Assembly: GCA_030141605.1 (NCBI GenBank)
Contig: JAQGDQ010000068.1
Coordinates: 669,034-733,033 of the forward strand
DNA: 64,000 bases
Reading direction: 5' to 3'
Source of the DNA: Tubiluchus corallicola
Lineage: Eukaryota; Animalia; Priapulida
Part shown: positions 52,577 to 64,000 of the stretch, in pieces
Numbering within the stretch: the stretch's first letter is position 1
How the letters are laid out: the number at the start of each line of letters is the position of its first letter
Notes under the pieces: generated by a model
Database searches by the model: none
Seen by the model: only the letters and a program-made list of their open reading frames with translations
Told to the model about the DNA's origin: nothing
Program-made: the position numbers and the translations under genes

Positions 52577-52660
52577 CAGTAACTTATTCACCGCATTAGT
52601 AACTTATTCACCGTATTAGTAACATAATTTTCACCGTATTATTAACGTATTTCACCGTAA
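52577..52660. repeat. Four-copy ~20-bp tandem repeat
   Basis: agtaacttattcaccgcatt / agtaacttattcaccgtatt / agtaacataattttcaccgtatt / attaacgtatttcaccgtaa. Confidence 0.85.
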
Positions 52661-54129
52661 AGGCATGTGCCTTGACCAACCTCCGACCATCTGTTCTTAA
52701 CAACGCAAACTGAGAACAATGCCAGGGAAACTACGCAGCCTGCTACCCATGCGCGCAAGATCCTAAAAATGAAGGTGGCGGCACCTTCCAATGAGATATT
52801 AGCAAAGCTAGGCAATGATGCATGGACACTGGACAGCAGTTACAGCGCACATGAAACGTGTGACTTATAATACTAACCTGTATTATTCTGAATAAGCGTA
52901 AATGAATTCCCACTCGTGTTTCTTACTTATTCTACCTGTAGTTTTTCATCTGACCGGAAGTACGGGTATGTAATAAGTGGTTATTTTATTTTATTTACAA
53001 GTATTATCACATTTATCAAGCACTTCAAATAATTTTTGGCTGTGTTCTGAAAGGAGACGACATTGGCGATGTTTTAGAGCTTGTAAACTGTATATGCGTG
53101 TGCATACTTCTGCATGGGTGTTCGTGTGGTAAACTCCTCAGTAATTGTGATTTTTTTGTGTCTACGTTTATGTAGTTCTGCGTTTTTTCTGCTGCCACGT
53201 TAACTCTAGAGCGGAGGTGTAAAATCGTTGCATGGCTATAATTAAATAAAAAAACACTTGGTACATAAATATGAAATAGCAGATGTCAAATTATGGAGCA
53301 ATCAACCTTTGCCTTCGTAAGACTACTGCAGCGATTTTACACCAACATACCATTATAATACGGTAGCAGGAGAAGGTGGCGAAAAAATTCCAAAGATGGA
53401 CGTCGTCGACATTGTAATTGTTAACCTTTCTTTTCAGATATATAGTACAAGTTAGCTTTAATATTTTAATACGGTGCACTTGATAATACTTTAATGTTTC
53501 TTGTGCTACAGAATTTGTAGACAAAACGGTTTTTAATTAATAAACAGAATAATTTAATGTAATATTCTCTAAAAATATAGTCATCGGAATTTCGATATTG
53601 TTTACATGCGCTATGGGCGCCTCAGCCATTACGGATGCTTTTTTGTAACGCACATCTTCGTTATTCGACGAACACACCAGATGCTGACCAAAAAATAAAC
53701 ACAGGGCGACAAAACTTCCCAACCCGGTGAATTCTCGGTTTATAAACAAGAAAGTAAAAACAAACAGGGTCAAACTTATGCTGATAAATTAGATTATACG
53801 TAGATAAACATATGTGCTGTTAAACTAGCAAACAAATTGACGAAATTATAATCAGACGACTGAAAGTAACAAAGTGTAATGCCCAGCCCACCCCTCGGTT
53901 ACAATGCGCAATCCATGGTAACTTAGCGACGCCGACGCTCGGACGGCTATATAAGGGGAAGACCAATGCATTGACCACACACATCCGAACACTTTCAAAG
54001 TGGTAAAGAATTGCAGCAAATTTCATTCATTGCAGCAATGAACATTCATAACCAATGGAAGAGAAGCAGGATGAGAAGTAAGTTTTAACTTACTAGATAA
54101 AGCTAGCTTTCAAAACCAGCTAGGATGTG

Positions 54130-54440
54130 TCAGGAATCTAGAACCTAGAAAAGAGTTCCAGAAACACTAGGTTCTAGAAACCAAAAGCTACAAAAGGATC
54201 CCAGGATTAAAGCAGTTGCAGAGACAAAAAGAGTTCCAGAATGTTCCTAGATTTAAAAGAGTTGCTGAGAGTTTCAGGAAAATCCAAGATTAAAAGAGTT
54301 CCAGAAGTTCCTGGAATTAAAAGAGTTGCAGAAAGTTTCTGGAATTAAAAAGAGTTGCAGAGTTAAGAATTCCAGAATTAAAAGAGTTGCAGAATTAAGA
54401 GTTGCAGAATTAAAATAGTTCCAGAATTAAGAGTTCCAGG
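54130..54440. repeat. Degenerate minisatellite built on AAGAGTT(C/G)CAGAATT
   Basis: About a dozen imperfect copies, e.g. aaagagttccagaa and aaagagttgcagaatt. Confidence 0.85.
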
Positions 54441-55856
54441 TGTTTTAACTTCGTTTTTATTTAAAACGTAGAATACAAATATGACAATGCAATGGATTTT
54501 GTAAATACAGTAGTCATTACTTGTATTTTTAAAAAAAATTGTCCTCATGTGTATTCGGCTATCTGTTGATTATTGTTTACCGCTCTAAGCACTGCCAACG
54601 CCATCTATCCACTAAAAATACAAACTCATACACGTCCCCCAGTTATTAACAATTAGCAAAGATAATTGGAAATAACTTAATTCAAGACTGTGGCAGTGTG
54701 TCTAAGAAAATATTAAATTGATGTTAGGATGTTTTGCCAAACAGTCACGCTGTCACGAGTTATACCTTGATTGACCAAAATATAGTAAAAATTAGCACAT
54801 GAGTCCGTGTGAACAATGCTTTAGGTTTATACCTTAATTCTCTAGGAATACAATTGCCCAAACAACAGGATTTTTTAATAATAATAATAATAAAGAGGAT
54901 ATTTAATTATCTTCGATTTACGCAAAAAAATAACTAATGCCGGCGTATAAAGTTCTTTTGTAAACAAACACTTTGAAACGCAATACTAGTTAACGTGATA
55001 ATAACGCAATAATAGTCAACTGGATAAATCTAGTTAAAATTTAACATTTTTTTACTCATCTTTACGATGGCTGGGCCCAGCATAACTGTGCAGAGAGATG
55101 TATACCATCAGCAATGCTTCTACCACGTATTCGCCCGAATACCATGTCTCCAATCACGAATCGTACCAAGTTTCCTACCACGTATCCAATATGGCTGCCA
55201 GGACACGTCTGCCAAAACCATCAGATCCTATGTCTCCAACAAATGACAATTGACTCCTCTAGACGGTACTGCACTGGATAATGGCATTAAGCAACCAAAC
55301 TGGAACTCAGTCTCCACAAGAGGAAGAGTTTAATGACAAGCATTCTGTACGGGAAACAACAGAGGTGTTCTATCCTGGATGGCTTCCACTGGTATTACCA
55401 TCAAGAAACATAATCTGAGGTTACGTAAATAAACAAGTTTTTTTCCAAAGCCTCTCTAACCAATAACCAAATTGCCCATGAGGTGGCTTTCACTTTCGAG
55501 GCATACACTCATGTTCAAAACTGGCAACATGCTATCAACATGCAAGACACATAACCTATGTGTGATATACAGCCATGTTCAACTATCAGCCAGTGGTTAT
55601 TACTGTCATTCAACAAATCTGCCACATTGGTATCAATTACAGGCCTAAACACTATATAAATTCAGTTCCCCAAGCACAAATGAAATTTTTAACAAATTAA
55701 ACTGAAATTGTGAATACTTGTCCTTTAACAATATGGATACAAATTATCATGAAAGTTTTCCAACTTAATACAACTGTAATACAACTAATACAACTGTAAG
55801 TTATTAATATTGTAATTGTTTTAAGTAAAAGACAATTTTGAAACAACATCATCAAA

Positions 55857-57770
55857 TTAATCTTCTATAAGACGACGAGGAGGTCTGACTTCCCTTCCAC
55901 TTCTAGTCATTATCGAGTAACGATTGACATTATTTTCTTGGAGCTGATTTAATGGCTCAGGTGGGATAACATCATTGACCTGTGGTGGAGCATTTTGTGA
56001 TCAGAACTGTCATTACTGTTACCTACAACGGACGGAAACTGAGAAACATATACAGAATGTCTTCGCCTTAAAAACTTTCTGTTTCTCGTCAAAACTCTAC
56101 CACTAGAATCAAGTTTCACATAATATCTGCGATATCTACCTATATCAACAATTAGACCACAAATATCCCACTCATTAGTCACATGGTTTTGTACCACTAC
56201 CTTGGTCCCTACACTATTCTTCTACTTGCCTATTTATCTTAGCAGCTTTTTCTTCAGCTAATTTAGTTTATTTTTGCCACTCGGAACAAATGAACGACGA
56301 TGGGCAGGCAAGGCATCCTGCACTGGATGACCAAACAAAATTTGAGCTGGACTCCTCCCATCAATGGTTGGAGTATTACGATACTGTAACAGAGCCTGTG
56401 CATTATTGTCATTTTCCAAATTCATTGTTTGCTCATCCCAACAGCTACGAACAATCTTTTCCATAGATTTGACCGCAGCTTCTGCTTTGCCATTGGCGGT
56501 AGGATAATGAGGTGAAGATGTATGGTGAACAACACACCATGTCTTCAGAAAATCTTGAAATAACTTGGAGGTAAATTCTGGACCTCCATCAGACCACATT
56601 TGAGTAGGTACACCCATGAGACAGAAGAAACGCCTGAATGATTGAACAAGGTTATAAGAATTACAATTTCGACCAAGTTCAAAAATTGAAGGCCAACTAG
56701 AAAAATGATCGACAACTATGAGGAAGTGAAATCCTGCATAACATCCAAAATCAGCAGAAATATGCTCGAATGGCCTACTGCTTGAGGGTGCTTGATCATG
56801 GGCTCTTTCGTTTGAGATGGAAGCTCTCGTTCACAATCTATACATGACAACATTCTCAATATCATTCGTAATAATAGGCCAGTATACGATTAGACGTGCA
56901 CTGGCACGTCTCTTTACTATGCACTCTATGCCCTGATGACCTCGATGTAAAAGTTTCAAGATTTTTACCCGAAGTGTCTGGGGAATGAGAATCCTACAGC
57001 CTACAAGCAGTAAGTCATTATCAATTGATAGTTGCTCACGAACAGACCAATATAGCCCCAAGTTCAATTGTAAAGTCGATTTACTATTGGGAAATCCATG
57101 TCGGACAACATCGAGCAACTGTGCTGGTATTCTCGATCATTCTTAGCATGATTGTAAACCTCTTTAACTCTCAGGTCAATCTCACTATCACTTAAATTAC
57201 AAATACGTATTGCATGAACTGTATTAGAAATGTCACTTTCTGCATGTTCATCATCCACCGTAGGGCGGAGAAATGGATAACGAGAAAGAGCATCAGCGGC
57301 TGAGTGAGCCTTACCTTGTAACCAAGAAGCCACATAATTATAAGGCATGAGCTTTGATTTAAGCCTTTGCAATCTAGGGTTCTCTATCTCGTCAAGCTGT
57401 TTCTTATTCAATATTGACAATAGTGGCTTGTGATCAATTAGGAATTGAAATTTTGGCAAGCCTTGCAAAAAGATTTTGCATTTATTAACGGACCAAGCGA
57501 CTGCTAGCATTTCTAACTCAATAGTTGCATAGCGAGATTCTGCATCAGACAGGAACCTAGAACCAGCCGGAATTAATTTCCACAAACTATCAGCTTGTTG
57601 CTGTACCAAGATAAAACCTAAACCATTCAACCTAGACGCATCGGTGTATAATGCAGTAGGTTTTGATGGATCGTAAAATGCCGAAGTCGGGGGATTGGAC
57701 AATAATGCCTTTGCCTTATTGAAAACTGCATCATGTGTGGAATCCCACAAGAATTAGTTCTCACTACTAA
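55857..57770 (-). mobile_element. Ty3/Gypsy pol fragment of a different lineage (RNase H-integrase), decayed
   Basis: LYTDASRLNGLGFIL, RYATIELEMLAV, DHKPL, LHRGHQGI, WSDGGPEF, SSPHYPTANGKAEAAVK, TRNRKFLR and a C-terminus MTRSGREVRPPRRLIED*. Confidence 0.93.
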
Positions 57771-58355
57771 GCGCCATCTATCCACTAAAAATACAAACTC
57801 ATACACTAGATACCTAGTTAAAAGCTAGCAAACTATGCAAAGGCAGAAAAATAATTTGGACTGAATCAGCAAAAATATACAGTTCCACTTGAAAAAAAAT
57901 GCAGATTACAAGTCAGCTAGCTATTAATGCGGGGTTATTCGAGATCTTATACAAATAAGTGAAAGAAGAGACTGGATCATAGTTTTGCTCACTTTTAGTT
58001 AAATGTGGAACAGGAACATAGTACATATACACAGGATTGGCATGAAAATTGCACCTGCTTAATCTTATTGAAACCTGGATGCTAGCATGCTTTGCATGAC
58101 CAATTGCAATTGCTATAGAAGATTTCTTAAACTGGTAACAAGATCAGTTTTGATGACTGTGGATTTCACCTCATTAAAATTATCTGTATTTTATAGCAAA
58201 GTCAATGAAATAAAGTATTTAATCTTAGTTCACTTGTTGTTGCTTTTATTCAGTTTAAATTTGAATTACAAATATCCTCAAGGTAATATAAAAGTTGAAC
58301 CCAACATTTTTGATGTAAAAATAAAATAAAGTTAGTTGCAGAAGTTAAAGATATG

Positions 58356-61300
58356 TGGCACTTCAACCTAATATCATACCCCTTAAGCCAAGCCGTGCCA
58401 CACTACATTTTAGTGGTCTCGTCCTGGATTTTGAATTTTGTTTTGAGGCACTGTGATTCAAACTGAGTAAGAGCAGCAAGCTGTACTACAATTGATAAGA
58501 TGGCAGCTGTATTATCCTACTTAAAATCCTTTCTGACTTCCACTCCTAAAAATAACATTGATATAATTGTGGGAGTTCAAAATACAGAGGTCCACACAGA
58601 AAAGGCTATGTACAAGATGGAAGCAGATGGAGCAGAACAGGATAGAAAGTTCCAAAGAAGACCAACACTGAAAAATATCTCAACAGCACTGCCAAAAGAA
58701 GAAAGCTTACAGCAGACTACATTACAGATAGCACCATCTGCAAAAACCAAAAACAACTTTATCCAAACTCAGAACACCTAGTACTGAAAGCAAGAGAAAA
58801 CGTGCAAGATATCCAGGCTGGATTGAAGCACCACATGTAGAAGTGCTTTCACCATGGTCAGAATGGTCAACAGAGGGAAATGCATCAGAAGATGGTGAAG
58901 AAGTAGAACCAAGATGGCCACATATTAGTTATGCAACACCAAATCAGCCTGAAATTGGATGGACACCACTGCCACATCTAACCAGACAGTCAACTCCAAA
59001 TGTGACATCACAAGCAAAAGGAGGCAAAATAAGCAAAGAAAAGAAGCCTCCTACATTTAAAACAGGAGATGGCTTACAGTTCAGACAATTGCAAAGTTTG
59101 AACTAGTTGCAAAACACAACAGTTGGCCAAAAACTGAATGGGTTACCCACCTACTACCCTTATGCTTGGAAGGGTATGCACTTGAAGTTGAAATGGAAAT
59201 GGATTTGGATTCTGGTGACTTACATGTCACTCATCCAAGCACTGGGTAAACGTTTTGATCCAGCTGAACGCATTCTACAACATTGCAGTGAGCTGAGGCA
59301 TCGAATGAGAAAAATAAGCAAAACTCCAAAAGAATTTGGAGCTAACACTTCGCCATTTGTTTGGCTTAGCCTATCCTGGTTTGTCAAGAGAAGCTAGTGA
59401 AGCTTTATTAATTGATAAATACCTCAAAGGACTTGGTGACATAGAAGTCAGAAAGCATGCTAACCTCCAGGAACCAAAGACACTTGAGGATGCAATAACA
59501 AAAGTTGCACAATATGAGGCAGTGACTAAAGAGGCCACCGAAGCTAAAAGCAAGAAGCTGCTACCACCAAGAATCAACCAAATGAATTATACACACAAAG
59601 CATCATCAAGCAAAAAAATAACTTTGGAAGAAATTATGAAAGAGCTGAACAGTGTAAAATAGTAGCTATGTGAACTCGCTAATAACGAAAAACAAGAAAA
59701 GAAGTTCAATGTTGAATCAAATATGCAAAAACAAATTGAGGCAAGAAATCAAAATGACTGGCGTGCGAAGGTTGAATGTTACTATTGTCACAAGCCTGGA
59801 CATGTGATGAGATTTTGCAGAGAAAGATTTCCCAAGATGACACAGTTTTTGACAGCTACAACTCCAAAAAGACGAAGAGAAGAAGCTGTTTGTTCCGAAA
59901 ACCAGGTACGCAAGCAGTTAAACTAAAAGAGACCGGGCACGGGGCCAGTGTCCCGGTCACGAATACACAGGCCTCAGGAACACTACCTCGCATTGGTCTC
60001 GTGACGGGAAAGCAAGGTGGTATTTGTAGCTCTGAATGAAGAAGAACCAATTATTCTTCCTCGCTCCGATCTGACAAAAAAAAAGAGAAGTGAGAACACT
60101 GTAGTTCTGCCAGTAGATTATAAATATTGTTGGCATGTAGAAGTATTGATCAACAGTTTAGATATAGATTTTGTAATCGATAGTGGACCCAGTGCTAGCA
60201 TAATAGATGTTTACTGATTCAAATGGGAGAAGCTGAATTCAAGTTACATTAGCTGGAATAAGTACCACTAGTACAATGATTGTTGCTTCCATTGGAGGAC
60301 CCTTTGGAATTTTAGGATTAGATTTTCTTGAACCAAGAAGTGCTGTGCTAGACAAGCAACAAGGAATTCTTCATATTGGTGAAGTTACTATACAATGTTT
60401 CAAGAATTCAGTGGGCAGTTCAGACTATGAAATTGAGTCTTCTTCAGCTAGTCAGATTGACTTAGTGTTGCCAGCAAATATTAGTGAAAAGGCAGTTCTG
60501 AAATCTCTGCTCTTTGAGCACTTGTATCAGCTCTAAGCTTTCACCTAGTGAAGCTTTCAGCTAGTGAGCAATCTTCTCTCGTAAATTTGATACAGGAATA
60601 TCAGAATATATTTGTGGGGCCTGACAATAAATATAGCAGGACAAACCTGGTAAGACATGTTATTGACACTGGCACTGAGCGCCCAGTTAAACAAGCTCCG
60701 AGAAGACTGGCCTAATAGAAAAGAGTCATTGCTGAAGCTGAAATAAATAAAATGCTCAAAGAACAAATTATTGAACTCAGCAACAGTCCCTGGGCCTCAC
60801 TAATTGATTAAAAAGGATGGCTCCACATGATTTTGTGTGGTGACTAAAAAAGAGGGCTACACACAATTTTGTGTTGATTATCGTCAATTAAATGAAAAAA
60901 CAATTAAAGATGGGTTTCCACACTGCCAAACGTTCAAGAGATTTTTGACACATTACATGGGTCCCACTGGTTCTTTACTTTCGACTTAGCCAGTGGGTAT
61001 TGGCAAGTTGAAATGGATGAAACGTCGAAGCCTAAAACAGCTTTTGTTACACGACAAAGATTATTTCAGTTTCAAGTGATGCCGCTTGGCCTTTGTAATG
61101 CACCAGCTACATTTGAGAGGTTAATGGAAGAAGTACCTAGAGGCTTACAGTGGAAGAACTGTCCTGTTTATCTCGATGATATTGTTGTTTTTGGCAAAAG
61201 CTTTGAAGAGACCAAAAATAATTTAAAGGCAGTATTTTCGCACTTGTGGTAAGCAAATTTGAAAATCAAGCGGTCAAAAAGCACACTGTTTCACACAAGT

Positions 61301-62146
61301 GTTCAGTTTTTAGGACATGTAGTGGATAGTCAAGGCATCCGATGTGATCCAGACAAAATACTGGCTGTCAAGAATTGGACATTCCCAAAAACACCTACAG
61401 AAGTACGTAGCTTTTGTGATTCACTTCATATTATAGAAAATTCATTTCACATTTTGCCTCGATTGCAGACCTGCCTTGACAAAGAAAGGAGCAACATTTA
61501 TTTGCGATGATTCATGCATGGCAGCATTTAACACTTTAATAGATCTTTTAACATGGAGTCCTATATTGGCATATCCAACACAGGAGGGAAAATTCATCTT
61601 AGATACAGATGCCAGTAACTCTGGGATTGGAGCTGTTTTATCCCTGTTACATGCCGATAAAGAGAAAGTCATTGCTTATGCTAGCAGGACATTGAACCAA
61701 TCACAAAGGGAGTACTGTACTACGAAGAAAGAACTACTGGCTGTTATCACTTTTGTAAAACAATTCCACCATTATCTATGGGGAAGACATTTTAGGATTC
61801 GGACTGATCATGCAGCACAGACTTGGCTCATCAATTTCAAGACTCCAGAAGGTATGATAGCCAGATGGTTACCTATTTTAGACACATATGATTTTAGTGT
61901 TTAGCATAAGAAAGGAACACAACAGGAAATACTGATGGATTGTCCAGACAGCAAATACAAGGGTTAGCAAATGCCCAAGAGAACACTGTAATGATGACAG
62001 GCATAAAAGCACGAAAGAAGCCCACAGTTCTAAAGAAATTAGCAAAAAGACATGTAATGATATTTTAATAATTCCAGACAATGCTGAATGTGATTGGCAC
62101 TTCAACCTAATATCATACCACTTAAGCCGAGCCGTGCCACACTACA
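58356..62146 (+). mobile_element. Ty3/Gypsy LTR retrotransposon remnant: LTR end-PBS-gag-protease-RT-RNaseH-(integrase deleted)-LTR end
   Basis: A 52-bp direct repeat ending ...GCCACACTACA occurs at 58356-58407 and 62095-62146. Gag knuckle CYYCHKPGHVMRFC, protease FVIDSG, RT VYLDD, RNase H LDTDASNSGIGAVL. Many stops and frameshifts. The 5' boundary of the left LTR was not determined. Confidence 0.95.
58411..58435 (+). promoter_or_regulatory. Degenerate primer-binding site complementary to the tRNA-Pro 3' end
   Basis: tagtggtctcgtcctggattttgaa, 3 nt after the LTR CA end, compared with the canonical tRNA-Pro PBS TGGGGGCTCGTCCGGGATTTGAA. Confidence 0.7.
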
Positions 62147-62792
62147 TTAATACTTTTCTTTTTAATTCAATAACCGCTGAGTAGAAAATTGAGGAATCTA
62201 AAATGAATATGTTCGTGTGACTGTTTTCTGAGATTCATGTACGACAAAATTTAAACACCTCATTGTTACGCCAAACTATACTATAGGCCAACATTTTTGA
62301 TGCCCTTAGTGGATGGTTTAAAGATGTTTGACTATAATTGGTTTCTATAGTTTAACTAGTTAATGAATAGTTGCAATACTTAGGTTATGGGAAAGTAAGC
62401 ATATACAAGCACATCGCAAATCATTATGGTAATACTCAATTAGCTACGCAAGGGAATGCACTTAATTTTAGTAAATTTTTATTGCTGTTCGGTAAATAGT
62501 GGTATTAATAGCGTACTAGCAAATCCCCGCAAAAGATTTTGCGTATAAATACACGTGTAATTAATAATACGCGAACATCCTACCTAGTCCTCATTTATAA
62601 CGCAAAGCCCGTAACATCCTGCCTACTTACCTAACGCAAAACCTGTACTCGTGCCTACTGTACGTTTAACTAACGCAAAGCAGCTTTTTGCTGAATTAAA
62701 GCTATAAGCAATAATGGATGACGTCAGCACAATGGAATTCGTCACAACAGTTTTCTAAGCGAAAATCGCCGAAAATAGAACAGCTAATTAAC

Positions 62793-64000
62793 TCGTCTTT
62801 TTGGAGTTGTAGCTGTCAAAAACTGTGTCATCTTGGGAAATCTTTCTCTGCAAAATCTCATCACATGTCCAGGCTTGTGACAGTAGTAACATTCAACCTT
62901 CGCACGCCAGTCATTTTGATTTCTTGCCTCAATTTGTTTTTGCATATTTGATTCAACATTGAACTTCTTTTCTTGTTTTTCGTTATTAGCGAGTTCACAT
63001 AGCTACTATTTTACACTGTTCAGCTCTTTCATAATTTCTTCCAAAGTTATTTTTTTGCTTGATGATGCTTTGTGTGTATAATTCATTTGGTTGATTCTTG
63101 GTGGTAGCAGCTTCTTGCTTTTAGCTTCGGTGGCCTCTTTAGTCACTGTCTCATATTGTGCAACTTTTGTTATTGCATCCTCAAGTGTCTTTGGTTCCTG
63201 GAGGTTAGCATGCTTTCTGACTTCTATGTCACCAAGTCCTTTGAGGTATTTATCAATTAATAAAGCTTCACTAGCTTCTCTTGACAAACCAGGATAGGCT
63301 AAGCCAAACAAATGGCGAAGTGTTAGCTCCAAATTCTTTTGGAGTTTTGCTTATTTTTCTCATTCGATGCCTCAGCTCACTGCAATGTTGTAGAATGCGT
63401 TCAGCTGGATCAAAACGTTTACCCAGTGCTTGGATGAGTGACATGTAAGTCACCAGAATCCAAATCCATTTCCATTTCAACTTCAAGTGCATACCCTTCC
63501 AAGCATAAGGGTAGTAGGTGGGTAACCCATTCAGTTTTTGGCCAACTGTTGTGTTTTGCAACTAGTTCAAACTTGCAATTGTCTGAACTGTAAGCCATCT
63601 CCTGTTTTAAATGTAGGAGGCTTCTTTTCTTTGCTTATTTTGCCTCCTTTTGCTTGTGATGTCACATTTGGAGTTGACTGTCTGGTTAGATGTGGCAGTG
63701 GTGTCCATCCAATTTCAGGCTGATTTGGTGTTGCATAACTAATATGTGGCCATCTTGGTTCTACTTCTTCACCATCTTCTGATGCATTTCCCTCTGTTGA
63801 CCATTCTGACCATGGTGAATGCACTTCTACATGTGGTGCTTCAATCCAGCCTGGATATCTTGCACGTTTTCTCTTGCTTTCAGTACTAGGTGTTCTGAGT
63901 TTGGATAAAGTTGTTTTTGGTTTTTGCAGATGGTGCTATCTGTAATGTAGTCTGCTGTAAGCTTTCTTCTTTTGGCAGTGCTGTTGAGATATTTTTCAGT
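62793..64000 (-). mobile_element. Inverted near-identical copy of the dead gag region 58667-59875; runs off the window end
   Basis: Reverse complement matches 58667-59875. I noticed only three substitutions and one 1-bp indel, and the same broken ORFs appear in the ORF track. Confidence 0.97.

Noticed and set aside
52577-54440. Short repeat arrays as a possible CRISPR-like system
   Set aside because: Units are head-to-tail and degenerate without unique spacers, there are no cas genes, and the context is eukaryotic.
55066-55420. GC-richer stretch downstream of the third Gypsy pol as a possible extra ORF
   Set aside because: Only short frames without recognisable motifs; cannot be supported from the sequence alone.

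Overview
AT-rich, intron-containing animal (probably invertebrate) genomic DNA, not prokaryotic. The first ~40 kb hold three spliced host genes that I reconstructed by hand from GT..AG boundaries and reading phase: the 3' exons of SERAC1 (+, ending at 3696), a complete 23-exon, ~2132-aa laminin chain (-, 6085-32480), and a complete 4-exon prefoldin subunit 6 gene (-, 35415-39621) that the ORF track misses. The laminin has a non-canonical beta/gamma hybrid architecture (LN-LE-LF-LE-L4-LE-coiled coil, no LG domains). From ~39.6 kb to the end is a nest of decayed retroelements: three LINE remnants, three Ty3/Gypsy remnants and a near-identical inverted copy of a dead gag. The most striking observations are a spliced-looking accessory ORF in the env position of one Gypsy element (C2H2 zinc finger, PLDLT CtBP-type motif, coiled coil), a TSD-flanked LINE inserted ~21 bp upstream of the intact PFDN6 start codon, and a frame-preserving 27-nt two-Cys microexon in the laminin. 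No database searches were run; family calls rest on remembered motifs.
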